Source of the DNA: a bacterium
GTDB lineage: Bacteria > Elusimicrobiota > Elusimicrobia > UBA1565
Length of the DNA stretch: 35,246 nt
Assembly (NCBI GenBank): GCA_004322435.1
Contig: SCTT01000319.1
Coordinates: forward strand, 1-35,246
Reading direction: 5' to 3'
Shown here piece after piece: positions 26,653 to 34,166 of the stretch; position 1 is the stretch's first letter; every line of letters begins with the position of its first letter. A program made the translations under genes and the position numbers. The notes beneath the pieces were generated by a model, which saw only the letters and a list, made by a program, of their open reading frames with translations, did not search any database and had not been told where the DNA came from.

Positions 26653-28791
26653 TCAGGAGGCCATGATCTTCGTCGTGACGAAGATGAGGAGCTCGACTCG
26701 CTTGCGGTCGACGAACTTCTTGCGGAACAGGTACCCGATGATCGGGATGTCCCCCAACAGCGGCACCTTCGCGACGTTCTCGACCGCCGAGTCCGTGATG
26801 AGCCCGCCGATGACCACCGTGCCGCCGTCCTGGATGATGACGATGGTCTGGGCCTCGCGCGAGTCCACCGAGATCGCGCCGGACGTCCCGGCCGAGGCCG
26901 CGGTGGCCGAAGGCTGCTTGACCGCGGGCTTGACGTCGACGGTGATGCGGCCGTCGGCGTTGATGGTGGGCGTGACGTCCAGCGTGATGCCGGTCTCCTG
27001 ATATTCGACCTTCTGGCTCGTCGTGACGGTGCCGCCCGAGGGCGTCGTGTCGGTCGTCACGTACGGGATGCGCGTCGTGATGTTGATGGAGGCCTTCTTG
27101 CCGTTCAAGGTCGTGACCTTGGGGTCGGAGAGGACCTTGGCCTTGCCCTGGGACGCGGCCGCGGTCAGCGTGGCCGAGAGGAAGTAGTTGTTCGTGACGC
27201 GGCCGAAGGTGAACGCGCCGAAGACCTTGTCGGCCGGCAGGAACACTCCGGTGCCGCGGCCGTTGGCGCCGTCCCCGTTGACGGCGTTGACGTTGGTGAC
27301 GAGGGGGTTCAGGGTGGGGCTCGAGGCCTTCCTGGGGTTCGTGACCGTGCCGATGAGCGTGCGGCCGTCCTGGTTGAGCATCCGGTCTTCGTCGGAGCTC
27401 AGGTAGTCCCACTGGATGCCGAGAGCCAGGTCCTTCGTCAGCTGCACCTCGACGAGCTTGGCCTCGATCAGGACCTGCTGGGGCCGGATGTCGAGCTCCG
27501 AGAGCAGGCGCTCGACGGCCGCGATGCCCTCGAGCGTGTCCGTGATGATCAGGGAGTTCGTGTTCTTGTCGACGACCAGCTTCGCGGTGCGGCCCTCGGC
27601 CGTCGCCACCGCGGTGATCGAGCTGCTGATCTCCTCCGCCTTCGCGTACTTGAGGCGTATGACCCGCGTCTGGTTGACCGCGACGCTGCGCTCGGTCTTA
27701 AGCGACGCCGGCGTCAGCACGCGCAGGATGTTCTCGCCGACCTGGTTGGCGACCAGGCCCTTCATGCTCAGCACGGTCAAGAAGGCCTCGTTGAAGGGGA
27801 CCTCGCGCAGCTGCAGCGTGATGGACCCGGTGACGTCGGCGCCGTAGACCATGTTGACGTTGGCCTTCTGGGCCAAGAGCGCCAGCACGTCGTGGACGTC
27901 CATGTTGTCGAACTCGAGGGTGACGGGGTCGTTTGGCAAAGTCGCCAGGATGTCGCGCCGGAGCTTGCCCCGCTCGACGACGGCCGCCGCGGCGGAGGCC
28001 TTCGGGGCGCTGATGCCGGCCATGCGCGAAAGCTCGGCCGAGGGCTCCGAGGTCATGCCCTTGGGCATCTTCGACTCCTCGGCGGCGGCGGCCGGGGCTT
28101 CGTCGGGGAGCGCGGCCGCGGGCTTGGCGGGCGCGGCGGCGGGCGCCGCGGGCTTGGCGGCGACGACCGGTGCGACGACCGGGGCGGCGACGGGGACCGG
28201 CGCCGCTACGGGCGCGGGCGCCGGGGCCGCGGGCTTGGCCGCGACGGCGGGGGCCTTCTTCGCAGCGGGCTTGGGCTCGGCTTTCGCGGTGGGCGTGGAC
28301 GCGGCGACGGCCGGCGGCGTCGGGGGCTCCTTCTTCGCCGCGGCCGGCGCCGGGGCCGGAGCGGCTTCCGCGACGTCCGAATCGGACTGCGGGCCGACCA
28401 ACTCGACGTCGAGCCGCGGGCCCTCCCAGCGGGCCTTGTAGCTGACGAGGCTCTTGAGGTACAGGACGACGCGGGCGATGGGCGCGGGGTCCTTCTGGTA
28501 CTGGCCGGCCCGGACCTTGTCGAGGAACTTGCCCTTGCCCTTCACGACCTGCGACGCCCCCTCGTGCTCGGTGTTCAGGAGCTCGACGACGAGGCGCGGC
28601 GGCTCGGCGGTGGTGAAGGCGTTGAACTGCGCGGGCTTGGAGAGGTGGATCGAGACCTTGTCGGTGCCGGCCTCGACGCCCTCGAGCATCGCCTTCGAGG
28701 TCTCGGCGGCCAGGACCGGCGGCGGCGCCAGCAGCGCGGCCACGCTCAAGAGCGCGACGGCCCGCCGGGCCTCGCGAAGGATAGTCGTCAT
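26653..28791 (-). CDS. pilQ: Type IV pilus secretin PilQ (signal peptide, AMIN domain, Pro/Ala linker, N domains, secretin domain)
   Basis: ATG at 28791 with a GAGGAG SD. Motifs PPRLVVEL (AMIN), IRLKYAKAEE, DKNTNSLII, QVLIEAKLVEV, VLSDPKVTTLNG, LDVTPTI and KVPLLGDIPIIGYLFR...ELLIFVT. Confidence 0.93.
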   Translation of the reverse strand: MTTILREARRAVALLSVAALLAPPPVLAAETSKAMLEGVEAGTDKVSIHLSKPAQFNAFTTAEPPRLVVELLNTEHEGASQVVKGKGKFLDKVRAGQYQKDPAPIARVVLYLKSLVSYKARWEGPRLDVELVGPQSDSDVAEAAPAPAPAAAKKEPPTPPAVAASTPTAKAEPKPAAKKAPAVAAKPAAPAPAPVAAPVPVAAPVVAPVVAAKPAAPAAAPAKPAAALPDEAPAAAAEESKMPKGMTSEPSAELSRMAGISAPKASAAAAVVERGKLRRDILATLPNDPVTLEFDNMDVHDVLALLAQKANVNMVYGADVTGSITLQLREVPFNEAFLTVLSMKGLVANQVGENILRVLTPASLKTERSVAVNQTRVIRLKYAKAEEISSSITAVATAEGRTAKLVVDKNTNSLIITDTLEGIAAVERLLSELDIRPQQVLIEAKLVEVQLTKDLALGIQWDYLSSDEDRMLNQDGRTLIGTVTNPRKASSPTLNPLVTNVNAVNGDGANGRGTGVFLPADKVFGAFTFGRVTNNYFLSATLTAAASQGKAKVLSDPKVTTLNGKKASINITTRIPYVTTDTTPSGGTVTTSQKVEYQETGITLDVTPTINADGRITVDVKPAVKQPSATAASAGTSGAISVDSREAQTIVIIQDGGTVVIGGLITDSAVENVAKVPLLGDIPIIGYLFRKKFVDRKRVELLIFVTTKIMAS
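28075..28375 (-). repeat. Low-complexity Pro/Ala/Lys linker within PilQ with imperfect AKPAAP/VAAP repeats
   Basis: AEAAPAPAPAAAKKEPPTPPAVAASTPTAK...VAAKPAAPAPAPVAAPVPVAAPVVAPVVAAKPAAPAAAPAKPAAA; boundaries approximate. Confidence 0.7.
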
Positions 28792-28795
28792 GGGG

Positions 28796-29398
28796 TCACT
28801 CCTCCGCCTCATCGGCGTCCTCACCGAGCCTCAAAGTCTGGACGTCCTTGTCGGCCGTCGTCAGGGTCACCGTCTTCTGCGCGGGCTGGATCACGCCGGT
28901 CACGCCCGGCACGGGCTTCTTGCGCATGTCGTAGAGCCGGCCGCCGCGCAGGATGAAGCTGAAATGGGTGTTCATGTCGACGAGCATCGCCGACATCCCC
29001 GCCTTGTCGCGCATGATGCCCTTGAGCTCGAGCTGGTGGATGCTGAACTCCTCGGGGTCGAAGTCCTTGGGCGGCGCCGCGACGGGCGCCGCGGCGGCGC
29101 CGGAGCCGCCGAGCTTCATGAAGGGGTCGCGCAGCTTGGCGCCGCCATAGATGTCGTCGACGCCGAGCGCCTTGACGCCGCCGGTCGACTCCTCGACCGC
29201 CGGGGCCTTCTCCTTCTTGGGCTTGCGGGGGGCGTCCTGCTGGGCGGCCGAGAGCCCGGGGGTGCCCGGCTGCCCGCCGCCGCCCGAAGGAGCGGCCGTC
29301 GGCTCGGACGGCGCGCCCGGCCCACCCATCGGCATGGGCGGGCCGCCCTGCGAGAAGGCGGGGAGGGCCAAGAGGAGGGAGAGGGAGAGGGCGGTCAT
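28796..29398 (-). CDS. pilP: PilP-like protein
   Basis: Lies between pilO and pilQ. Has a signal peptide, a disordered N-terminus, an RDPF motif, and EEFSIHQLELKGIM opening a beta-rich domain. Confidence 0.7.
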   Translation of the reverse strand: MTALSLSLLLALPAFSQGGPPMPMGGPGAPSEPTAAPSGGGGQPGTPGLSAAQQDAPRKPKKEKAPAVEESTGGVKALGVDDIYGGAKLRDPFMKLGGSGAAAAPVAAPPKDFDPEEFSIHQLELKGIMRDKAGMSAMLVDMNTHFSFILRGGRLYDMRKKPVPGVTGVIQPAQKTVTLTTADKDVQTLRLGEDADEAEE

Positions 29399-29940
29399 CC
29401 TTTATATTGGTAGGAGATCAGCTGGAAGGTCACGTTCATGCGGCCCTCCGTGTCCGGCGCGCCGTAGGTGATCCCGCGGACGTTGTAGATGCGCTCCTCG
29501 AGGGCGACGGCGGCCAGGAAGCGCCCGAGCTCGTGGAACGTCGCCGAGCCGGTGACCATATAGGTCGTCTCGATGAAATGGGCCTGAGGCTTCGAGCCTC
29601 CCGGGACGAACGTCGCCAGCTTGAGGTTATAGCGGCGCGAGAGGGCGGTCACGGTGTCGATGACGGCCGGAAGGTCCTGGGTCTTCGGCAGGCGCTTCTC
29701 CGCCTCGAGGGCGGCGACGTTGAGCTCCTCGAGCTCCTTCTGGATCTTGTTGAGCCGGACGGCCTGGTTCTTGGCCTTCGCGATCTTGCCCTCGACCTCC
29801 TCGATCTTGGCCCGGGTCTCTGAGATCTTCTCGGACACGGGCAGCCAGAAGTACTTGATGTAGCCGAAGCCGCCGCCGCCGAGGACGAGGACCGCCACCG
29901 CGAGGTACTTCTGCTGGTCCGGGCTGAGCTTCACGGTCAT
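29395..29940 (-). CDS. pilO: Type IV pilus assembly protein PilO
   Basis: ATG at 29940. N-terminal TM helix, coiled coil, RLPKTQDLPAVI, FHELGRFLAAV...ERIYNV; synteny with pilN and pilP. Confidence 0.88.
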   Translation of the reverse strand: MTVKLSPDQQKYLAVAVLVLGGGGFGYIKYFWLPVSEKISETRAKIEEVEGKIAKAKNQAVRLNKIQKELEELNVAALEAEKRLPKTQDLPAVIDTVTALSRRYNLKLATFVPGGSKPQAHFIETTYMVTGSATFHELGRFLAAVALEERIYNVRGITYGAPDTEGRMNVTFQLISYQYKG

Positions 29941-30494
29941 TTCGCCGCCGCCGCGTCCGGCCGGTACTTCATGCTCATCGGGAAGGTCACCATGCCGTCG
30001 GCGCTCAGCATGATCGCGCCGAGCGCCGGGTCCCTGAAGGTCGTCGACTGCAAGAGCTGGCGCAGCCATGCCGTGGCGGCCTCGGGCCCGGTCGCCTGAC
30101 AGGACATGGTCACCGTGAGGTCGGTCGCCGACCCGGCGGCGGTCAAGGAGACCAGCCACACGCCCTCGCCGAGGTTCTTCAACAGCTCCGTCATGAAGCG
30201 CGGGTAGAAGGAGCGGGCGACGAGGAGGTCCTGGATGACGTCGAGCCGCGACTTGACCGCCTTGGCCTTGGCCTCCAGCTCCTCGACCTGCTTGACGATG
30301 GCCTCGAGGCGCTTGAACTCGGCCTCCGCCTCGACGCGGCGCTTCTCGAGGGCCACGCTCTTGTAATAGTGGGAGAAGGAGATCCCCAGGAAGATGACCG
30401 CCAAGAAGCCCGCGGCGACGGAGACCTGCGCGAGCCGCTGCTTCTGCAGCTCGCGGTCCAGGATCTCCTGCGGGACCAGGTTTACTTTGATCAT
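29937..30494 (-). CDS. pilN: Type IV pilus assembly protein PilN
   Basis: MIKVNLVP PilM-binding motif, TM helix, coiled coil, GVWLVSL. Confidence 0.9.
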   Translation of the reverse strand: MIKVNLVPQEILDRELQKQRLAQVSVAAGFLAVIFLGISFSHYYKSVALEKRRVEAEAEFKRLEAIVKQVEELEAKAKAVKSRLDVIQDLLVARSFYPRFMTELLKNLGEGVWLVSLTAAGSATDLTVTMSCQATGPEAATAWLRQLLQSTTFRDPALGAIMLSADGMVTFPMSMKYRPDAAAAK

Positions 30495-31651
30495 GCCCAG
30501 TCCCTGTTGCGGCGCAGCGCCAACCCCGCCGCGACGCCCAGCGCCGGCAGCATGTCCGCCGGGAGGTCGGCGGGCAGCGTCGGCACGAACGCGAGCGGGT
30601 TCATCACGGACACCGGCACCTTGAGCTCGGCCGAGAGCGCCTTCGCCAGGTTCTTCATCCGCGCGGTGCCGCCCGAGAGGACGATGCGGCCGATCGAACG
30701 CTCCGGCCCCTGCGACAGGTAGAAGTCCACCGAGCGGTGCAGCTCGCCGACGAGGTCCTTGAGGACGCCGCTGACGGCCTGGGAGACCCCCAAGGCGTCG
30801 CGGTTGCCCTCGGCCAGCGCCTTCTCCTTCTCCTCGGCGTCGATGAGGATGCCGTTGGCCTTCTTGGCCTCCTCGGCCTTCGCCGCGTCGTATTGGAGGG
30901 CCTTCATGATGGCCTTCGTGAAGGTGTTGCCCGAGATGAACACGTCGCGCACGACGCGCGTCACGCCCGCCTCGATGATGGAGAGGTTCGTCACCGTGTG
31001 GCCGATGTTGAGGTAGAGCGTGGAGCCGGCCTTGCCCTCGCCCTCCCCGACGGCCTCGTAGACGTTCTCGAGGGCGAACGAGTCGACGTCGATGACGGTG
31101 GGCTTCATGCCCACCGACTCGAGCACCTCGACGCGGGCCGCGATCACGTCCTTCTTGACGGCCACCAGCACCGTCTCCATCTTCTTCTGGCCTTCCTCGA
31201 CGAGGTCGCCCAGGATGTGGAAGCCCAGCTGCACGTCGTTGATGTCGAAGGGGATGAAAGGCTCGGCCTCGGTGGTGAGGGTCGCGCGCAGCTCGTCTTT
31301 GGTGAGCTTGGGGAACTTCACGTAGCGGACGATGACCGCGTTCCCGGACACGGCCGTCGAGGCGTGCTTGACCTGCACGCCCTTCTCGATGAGGAGCGCC
31401 CGCAGGCGGTTGACGGTCGCCTGCTTCTTCTCGTCGGGGGAGGCGTCGGCCTTCGCGTCGATGGGCGCGTAGCCCCAGGCCTTGAGCGTCCAGGCCTTGC
31501 CTTCCTTCTTCAAGTGCACGACCTTGAGCGCGAAGCTGCCCACGTCGACGCCGACGACGTCCGTGGGGCCAAAGAGGAAGGAAGCCTTCTCCTGGAGGCC
31601 CTTGAGGTCTATCGCCTGCAGCTTCGCCTTGATGACGTCGAGTCCGGCCAT
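30491..31651 (-). CDS. pilM: Type IV pilus assembly protein PilM (actin-like)
   Basis: VGVDVGSFALKVV, EAEPFIPFDI, VIDVDSFALEN, LNIGHTVTN, IVLSGGTA, GVAAGLALR. Start taken as the ATG at 31651 after GGAGG; an alternative ATG is at 31678. Confidence 0.93.
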   Translation of the reverse strand: MAGLDVIKAKLQAIDLKGLQEKASFLFGPTDVVGVDVGSFALKVVHLKKEGKAWTLKAWGYAPIDAKADASPDEKKQATVNRLRALLIEKGVQVKHASTAVSGNAVIVRYVKFPKLTKDELRATLTTEAEPFIPFDINDVQLGFHILGDLVEEGQKKMETVLVAVKKDVIAARVEVLESVGMKPTVIDVDSFALENVYEAVGEGEGKAGSTLYLNIGHTVTNLSIIEAGVTRVVRDVFISGNTFTKAIMKALQYDAAKAEEAKKANGILIDAEEKEKALAEGNRDALGVSQAVSGVLKDLVGELHRSVDFYLSQGPERSIGRIVLSGGTARMKNLAKALSAELKVPVSVMNPLAFVPTLPADLPADMLPALGVAAGLALRRNRDWA

Positions 31652-31709
31652 CGTCCTCCGCCGCCCGGGGGCGGCCATGCGCGTCCCGCTGCGCGCGGTC
31701 CGTGCGACC

Positions 31710-31752
31710 AAAAAAAATCGCCGATGCCCCCAGAGACAGGGGGCCTTCGGCG
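31710..31752 (-). terminator. Intrinsic-terminator-like hairpin in the pilM 5' leader
   Basis: Minus strand CGCCGA-AG-GCCCCC-TGTCTCT-GGGGGC-A-TCGGCG-A-TTTTTTTT: 6+6 bp stems followed by a U8 tract. Confidence 0.7.
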
Positions 31753-31771
31753 CACAGCGTCCACCACCCAC

Positions 31772-31800
31772 TTTTTAACAGGATAATGCCCCGTTGTCAA
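31772..31800 (-). promoter_or_regulatory. Putative sigma70 promoter of the pilM operon
   Basis: Perfect TTGACA (31800-31795), a 17 nt spacer ending in TGn, then TAAAAA (31777-31772), all in an AT-rich patch. Confidence 0.68.
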
Positions 31801-31880
31801 GCCCTCCCGTGTCAGCCGTCCGGTTCCCCCCGCCGCGGGCCGCTTATAAAGGAAGGGAGGGCCTCGGGCCCGCCGAGCCA

Positions 31881-31893
31881 TATTTTGTAGAAT
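31881..31893 (+). promoter_or_regulatory. Possible -10 element for the HAD operon
   Basis: tattttgTAGAAT (31888-31893), 16 nt before the ATG at 31910. No clear -35. Confidence 0.45.
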
Positions 31894-31909
31894 CCCGGCT
31901 TCCGACCCG

Positions 31910-32608
31910 ATGGCTCCCCCGAAGGCGCTCCTCTTCGACTTCGGCGGCACGCTCGATGACGACGGCCGCCCGTGGCTCGAACGCCTCCGCCCGCTGTGGC
32001 GGGAGGCCGGCGCGCGCCAACCCGACGCCGCCTTGGACCGCGCCTTCTACGACGCCGACGACAACCTCCCCAAGCGCCACGACCTGACGGGCCTGGACCT
32101 CGCCGCGACCGTGGCGCTCCAATGCGCGGACACCGGCCGGGTCCTGCTGCCCGAGGACCCCGACGCGGCGGCCCGGGTCGCCCGGCGCTACACGTCCGAG
32201 AGCCGCGCGGCGCTCGCCCGCAACAAGCCCGTCCTCGCGCGCCTCGCCCGCCGCTTCAAGCTCGGCGTGGTCTCGAACTTCTACGGGAACCTCGAAGGCC
32301 TCCTCGCCGCGGAGGGCCTCGGAGGCCTCTTCGGCGCCGTCGCCGACTCCGGCCGCGTCGGCGTCGAGAAGCCGGACGCGGCCATCTTCCAGTGGGCCCT
32401 CTCGCGCCTGAGCGTGACGCCGGGCGAGGCCTGGATGGTGGGGGATTCCCTCAAGCGCGACATGGCCGGGGCGGAGCGGCTCGGCATGGGCCACGTCTGG
32501 CTGGCCGGCCCCTCTCCCAAGACCCCGCCCTGCTGCGGGGACGCGCGCGTCCTCTCCTCGTTGGCCGGGCTCGAGGCCCTCGTGGCCCCCGCGGAGGCCG
32601 CGCGTTGA
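31910..32608 (+). CDS. HAD-superfamily hydrolase (probable phosphatase)
   Basis: LLFDFGGTLDDDG (motif I), VVSNF (II), EKPD (III), MVGDSLKRD (IV). Confidence 0.9.
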   Translation: MAPPKALLFDFGGTLDDDGRPWLERLRPLWREAGARQPDAALDRAFYDADDNLPKRHDLTGLDLAATVALQCADTGRVLLPEDPDAAARVARRYTSESRAALARNKPVLARLARRFKLGVVSNFYGNLEGLLAAEGLGGLFGAVADSGRVGVEKPDAAIFQWALSRLSVTPGEAWMVGDSLKRDMAGAERLGMGHVWLAGPSPKTPPCCGDARVLSSLAGLEALVAPAEAAR

Positions 32609-33324
32609 GGGCGGCCGGCGTCATTGCGGCGGGCCTTGGGCAGCGCCTGAAGGACTCCCACCCGGGCGTCCCCAAGCCGCTCGTGCCCGTCGCCGGCCGC
32701 CCGCTCGCGCACTGGGTCGTGTCGGGCCTGCTCGCCGCGGGCGTCGAGCGCGTCACGGTGCTGCTCAACAGCCGCGGCGACGCGGCGCGCGAGGCGCTTG
32801 AGCGGGGCTTCCCCGGCCGGGTCGCGTTCCTGCGGGCCGACCCGCCCACCTCCTTTGACAGCTTCCGGCTCGTCGCGGCGCACCTGGCCCGGACCGAGAC
32901 CGCCTTCCTCATGAGCACCGTGGACGCCTTGGTGCCGCCGGCCGAGGTGCGCCGCTTCGCCGCCGCGGCGCTCTCGCCGTTTCCGGACGGCGCCGTCCCC
33001 GAGGCCGCCGTCGCGCTGACGCGCTACATCGACGACGAGAAGCCTCTGTGGACCGCGACCGACCCGACGGGCCGCGTGAGCGCCTTCGGCGACGCGGTCG
33101 TCCGCCGCGACGCCGTCACCTGCGGCCTCTACGCGCTGACGGCCGGCGCCGCCGCGACGCTGCCGCCGACCGCCGCGCGCCTGCGCGACTGGTGGTCCTC
33201 GCTGCCGGCCGCGGGCCGGCCGGTGCGCGGCGTGCTGCTCTCGGACACCGTCGACGTGGACCGCCCGGAAGACCTGCCCGCCGCCGAACGCCTGGCCGCG
33301 GCCCTCCTCAAGGAGGCCGCGTGA
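32605..33324 (+). CDS. NTP transferase (nucleotidyl/cytidylyltransferase) family protein
   Basis: TTG at 32605 with TTGA overlap. Motifs IAAGLGQRL...PKPLVPVAGRPL, MSTVD, DDEKPL and DVDRPEDL. Confidence 0.85.
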   Translation: MRAAGVIAAGLGQRLKDSHPGVPKPLVPVAGRPLAHWVVSGLLAAGVERVTVLLNSRGDAAREALERGFPGRVAFLRADPPTSFDSFRLVAAHLARTETAFLMSTVDALVPPAEVRRFAAAALSPFPDGAVPEAAVALTRYIDDEKPLWTATDPTGRVSAFGDAVVRRDAVTCGLYALTAGAAATLPPTAARLRDWWSSLPAAGRPVRGVLLSDTVDVDRPEDLPAAERLAAALLKEAA

Positions 33325-34166
33325 GCTTCAAGGCGCTGGGCGTCTTCCGCGAGCTGCAGAACTCCCCCGGCCGCGAGTCCGACGACGCCCTCATCCTCAA
33401 GGAGGTGCTCGAGCAGCTCGAGGTCTTGGGGGTGAAGACCACGGCCGTCACGCCCGAGGAGCTCGACGGCCTGCCGCTCTCCGGCTACGACGTCGTCATC
33501 CCGATGTGCGAGGCGCCCGCGCGCATCGCGCGCCTCGACGCCGAGGCGCGCCGCGGCGCGGCCGCGCTGTGGGTGAACCCGCCCTCGGCCGTGCTCGCCT
33601 GCTACCGCACCGCGATGGTGCCGCGCCTGGCCGCCGAGCCCGGCGTCGTGCAGCCGGTCGCCGAGGTCCGCGAGACCGCCGGCGGGCCCGGCCCCGCCCC
33701 GGAATTCCCCGCCCCGCACGGCTGGTGGGCCAAGCGCGGCGACGTGCACAACACCTGCGACCGCGACGTGGTGCGCGTCCCCGCCTGGGGCGACGCGCCC
33801 GCCGTGCTCGCCGACTTCGCCTCCCGCGGCATCCGCCACTGGGTGCTGCAGGCGCACGTGCCGGGCGATTTGGTGAAGTTCTACGGCGTGGGGCCGGGGC
33901 GCTGGTTCACCTGGTTCTACCACGACCCGGTGCGGGCCAGGCGCACGCCCTTCGACTTGGACGCCCTGGCCGAGCAGGCCGCGCGCGGCGCGCGCGCGCT
34001 GGGGCTCGAGGTCTTCGGCGGCGACGCCATCATCCGCGAGGACGGCTCGCCGGCCGTCATCGACCTGAACTCCTGGCCGTCCTTCGCGCGCGTGCGCCGC
34101 GGCGCGGCCGTCCAGATCTCCTGGCATCTGCAAAGACGCTTGAAAGCCCTCACGAGGACCCCATGA
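33321..34166 (+). CDS. ATP-grasp fold protein with ITPK1-like C-terminal motifs
   Basis: GTG at 33321. Motifs WVNPP, WAKRGD, LQAHVPGDLVKFYGV, LEVFGGDAII and VIDLNSWPSF. Confidence 0.7.
   Translation: MSFKALGVFRELQNSPGRESDDALILKEVLEQLEVLGVKTTAVTPEELDGLPLSGYDVVIPMCEAPARIARLDAEARRGAAALWVNPPSAVLACYRTAMVPRLAAEPGVVQPVAEVRETAGGPGPAPEFPAPHGWWAKRGDVHNTCDRDVVRVPAWGDAPAVLADFASRGIRHWVLQAHVPGDLVKFYGVGPGRWFTWFYHDPVRARRTPFDLDALAEQAARGARALGLEVFGGDAIIREDGSPAVIDLNSWPSFARVRRGAAVQISWHLQRRLKALTRTP

Noticed and set aside
31801-31862. 8-bp inverted repeat GCCCTCCC...GGGAGGGC between the divergent promoters
   Set aside because: Short, GC-rich, with arms 46 nt apart and no consistent inner stem, so it is plausible by chance. 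It could be an operator, but nothing supports that.
31652-31880. c-di-GMP (GEMM) riboswitch upstream of the pilus genes
   Set aside because: I looked for it because such riboswitches often precede pilus genes, but the conserved GGCAAA/GNRA/GACGCAAAG elements are not present in the right arrangement.
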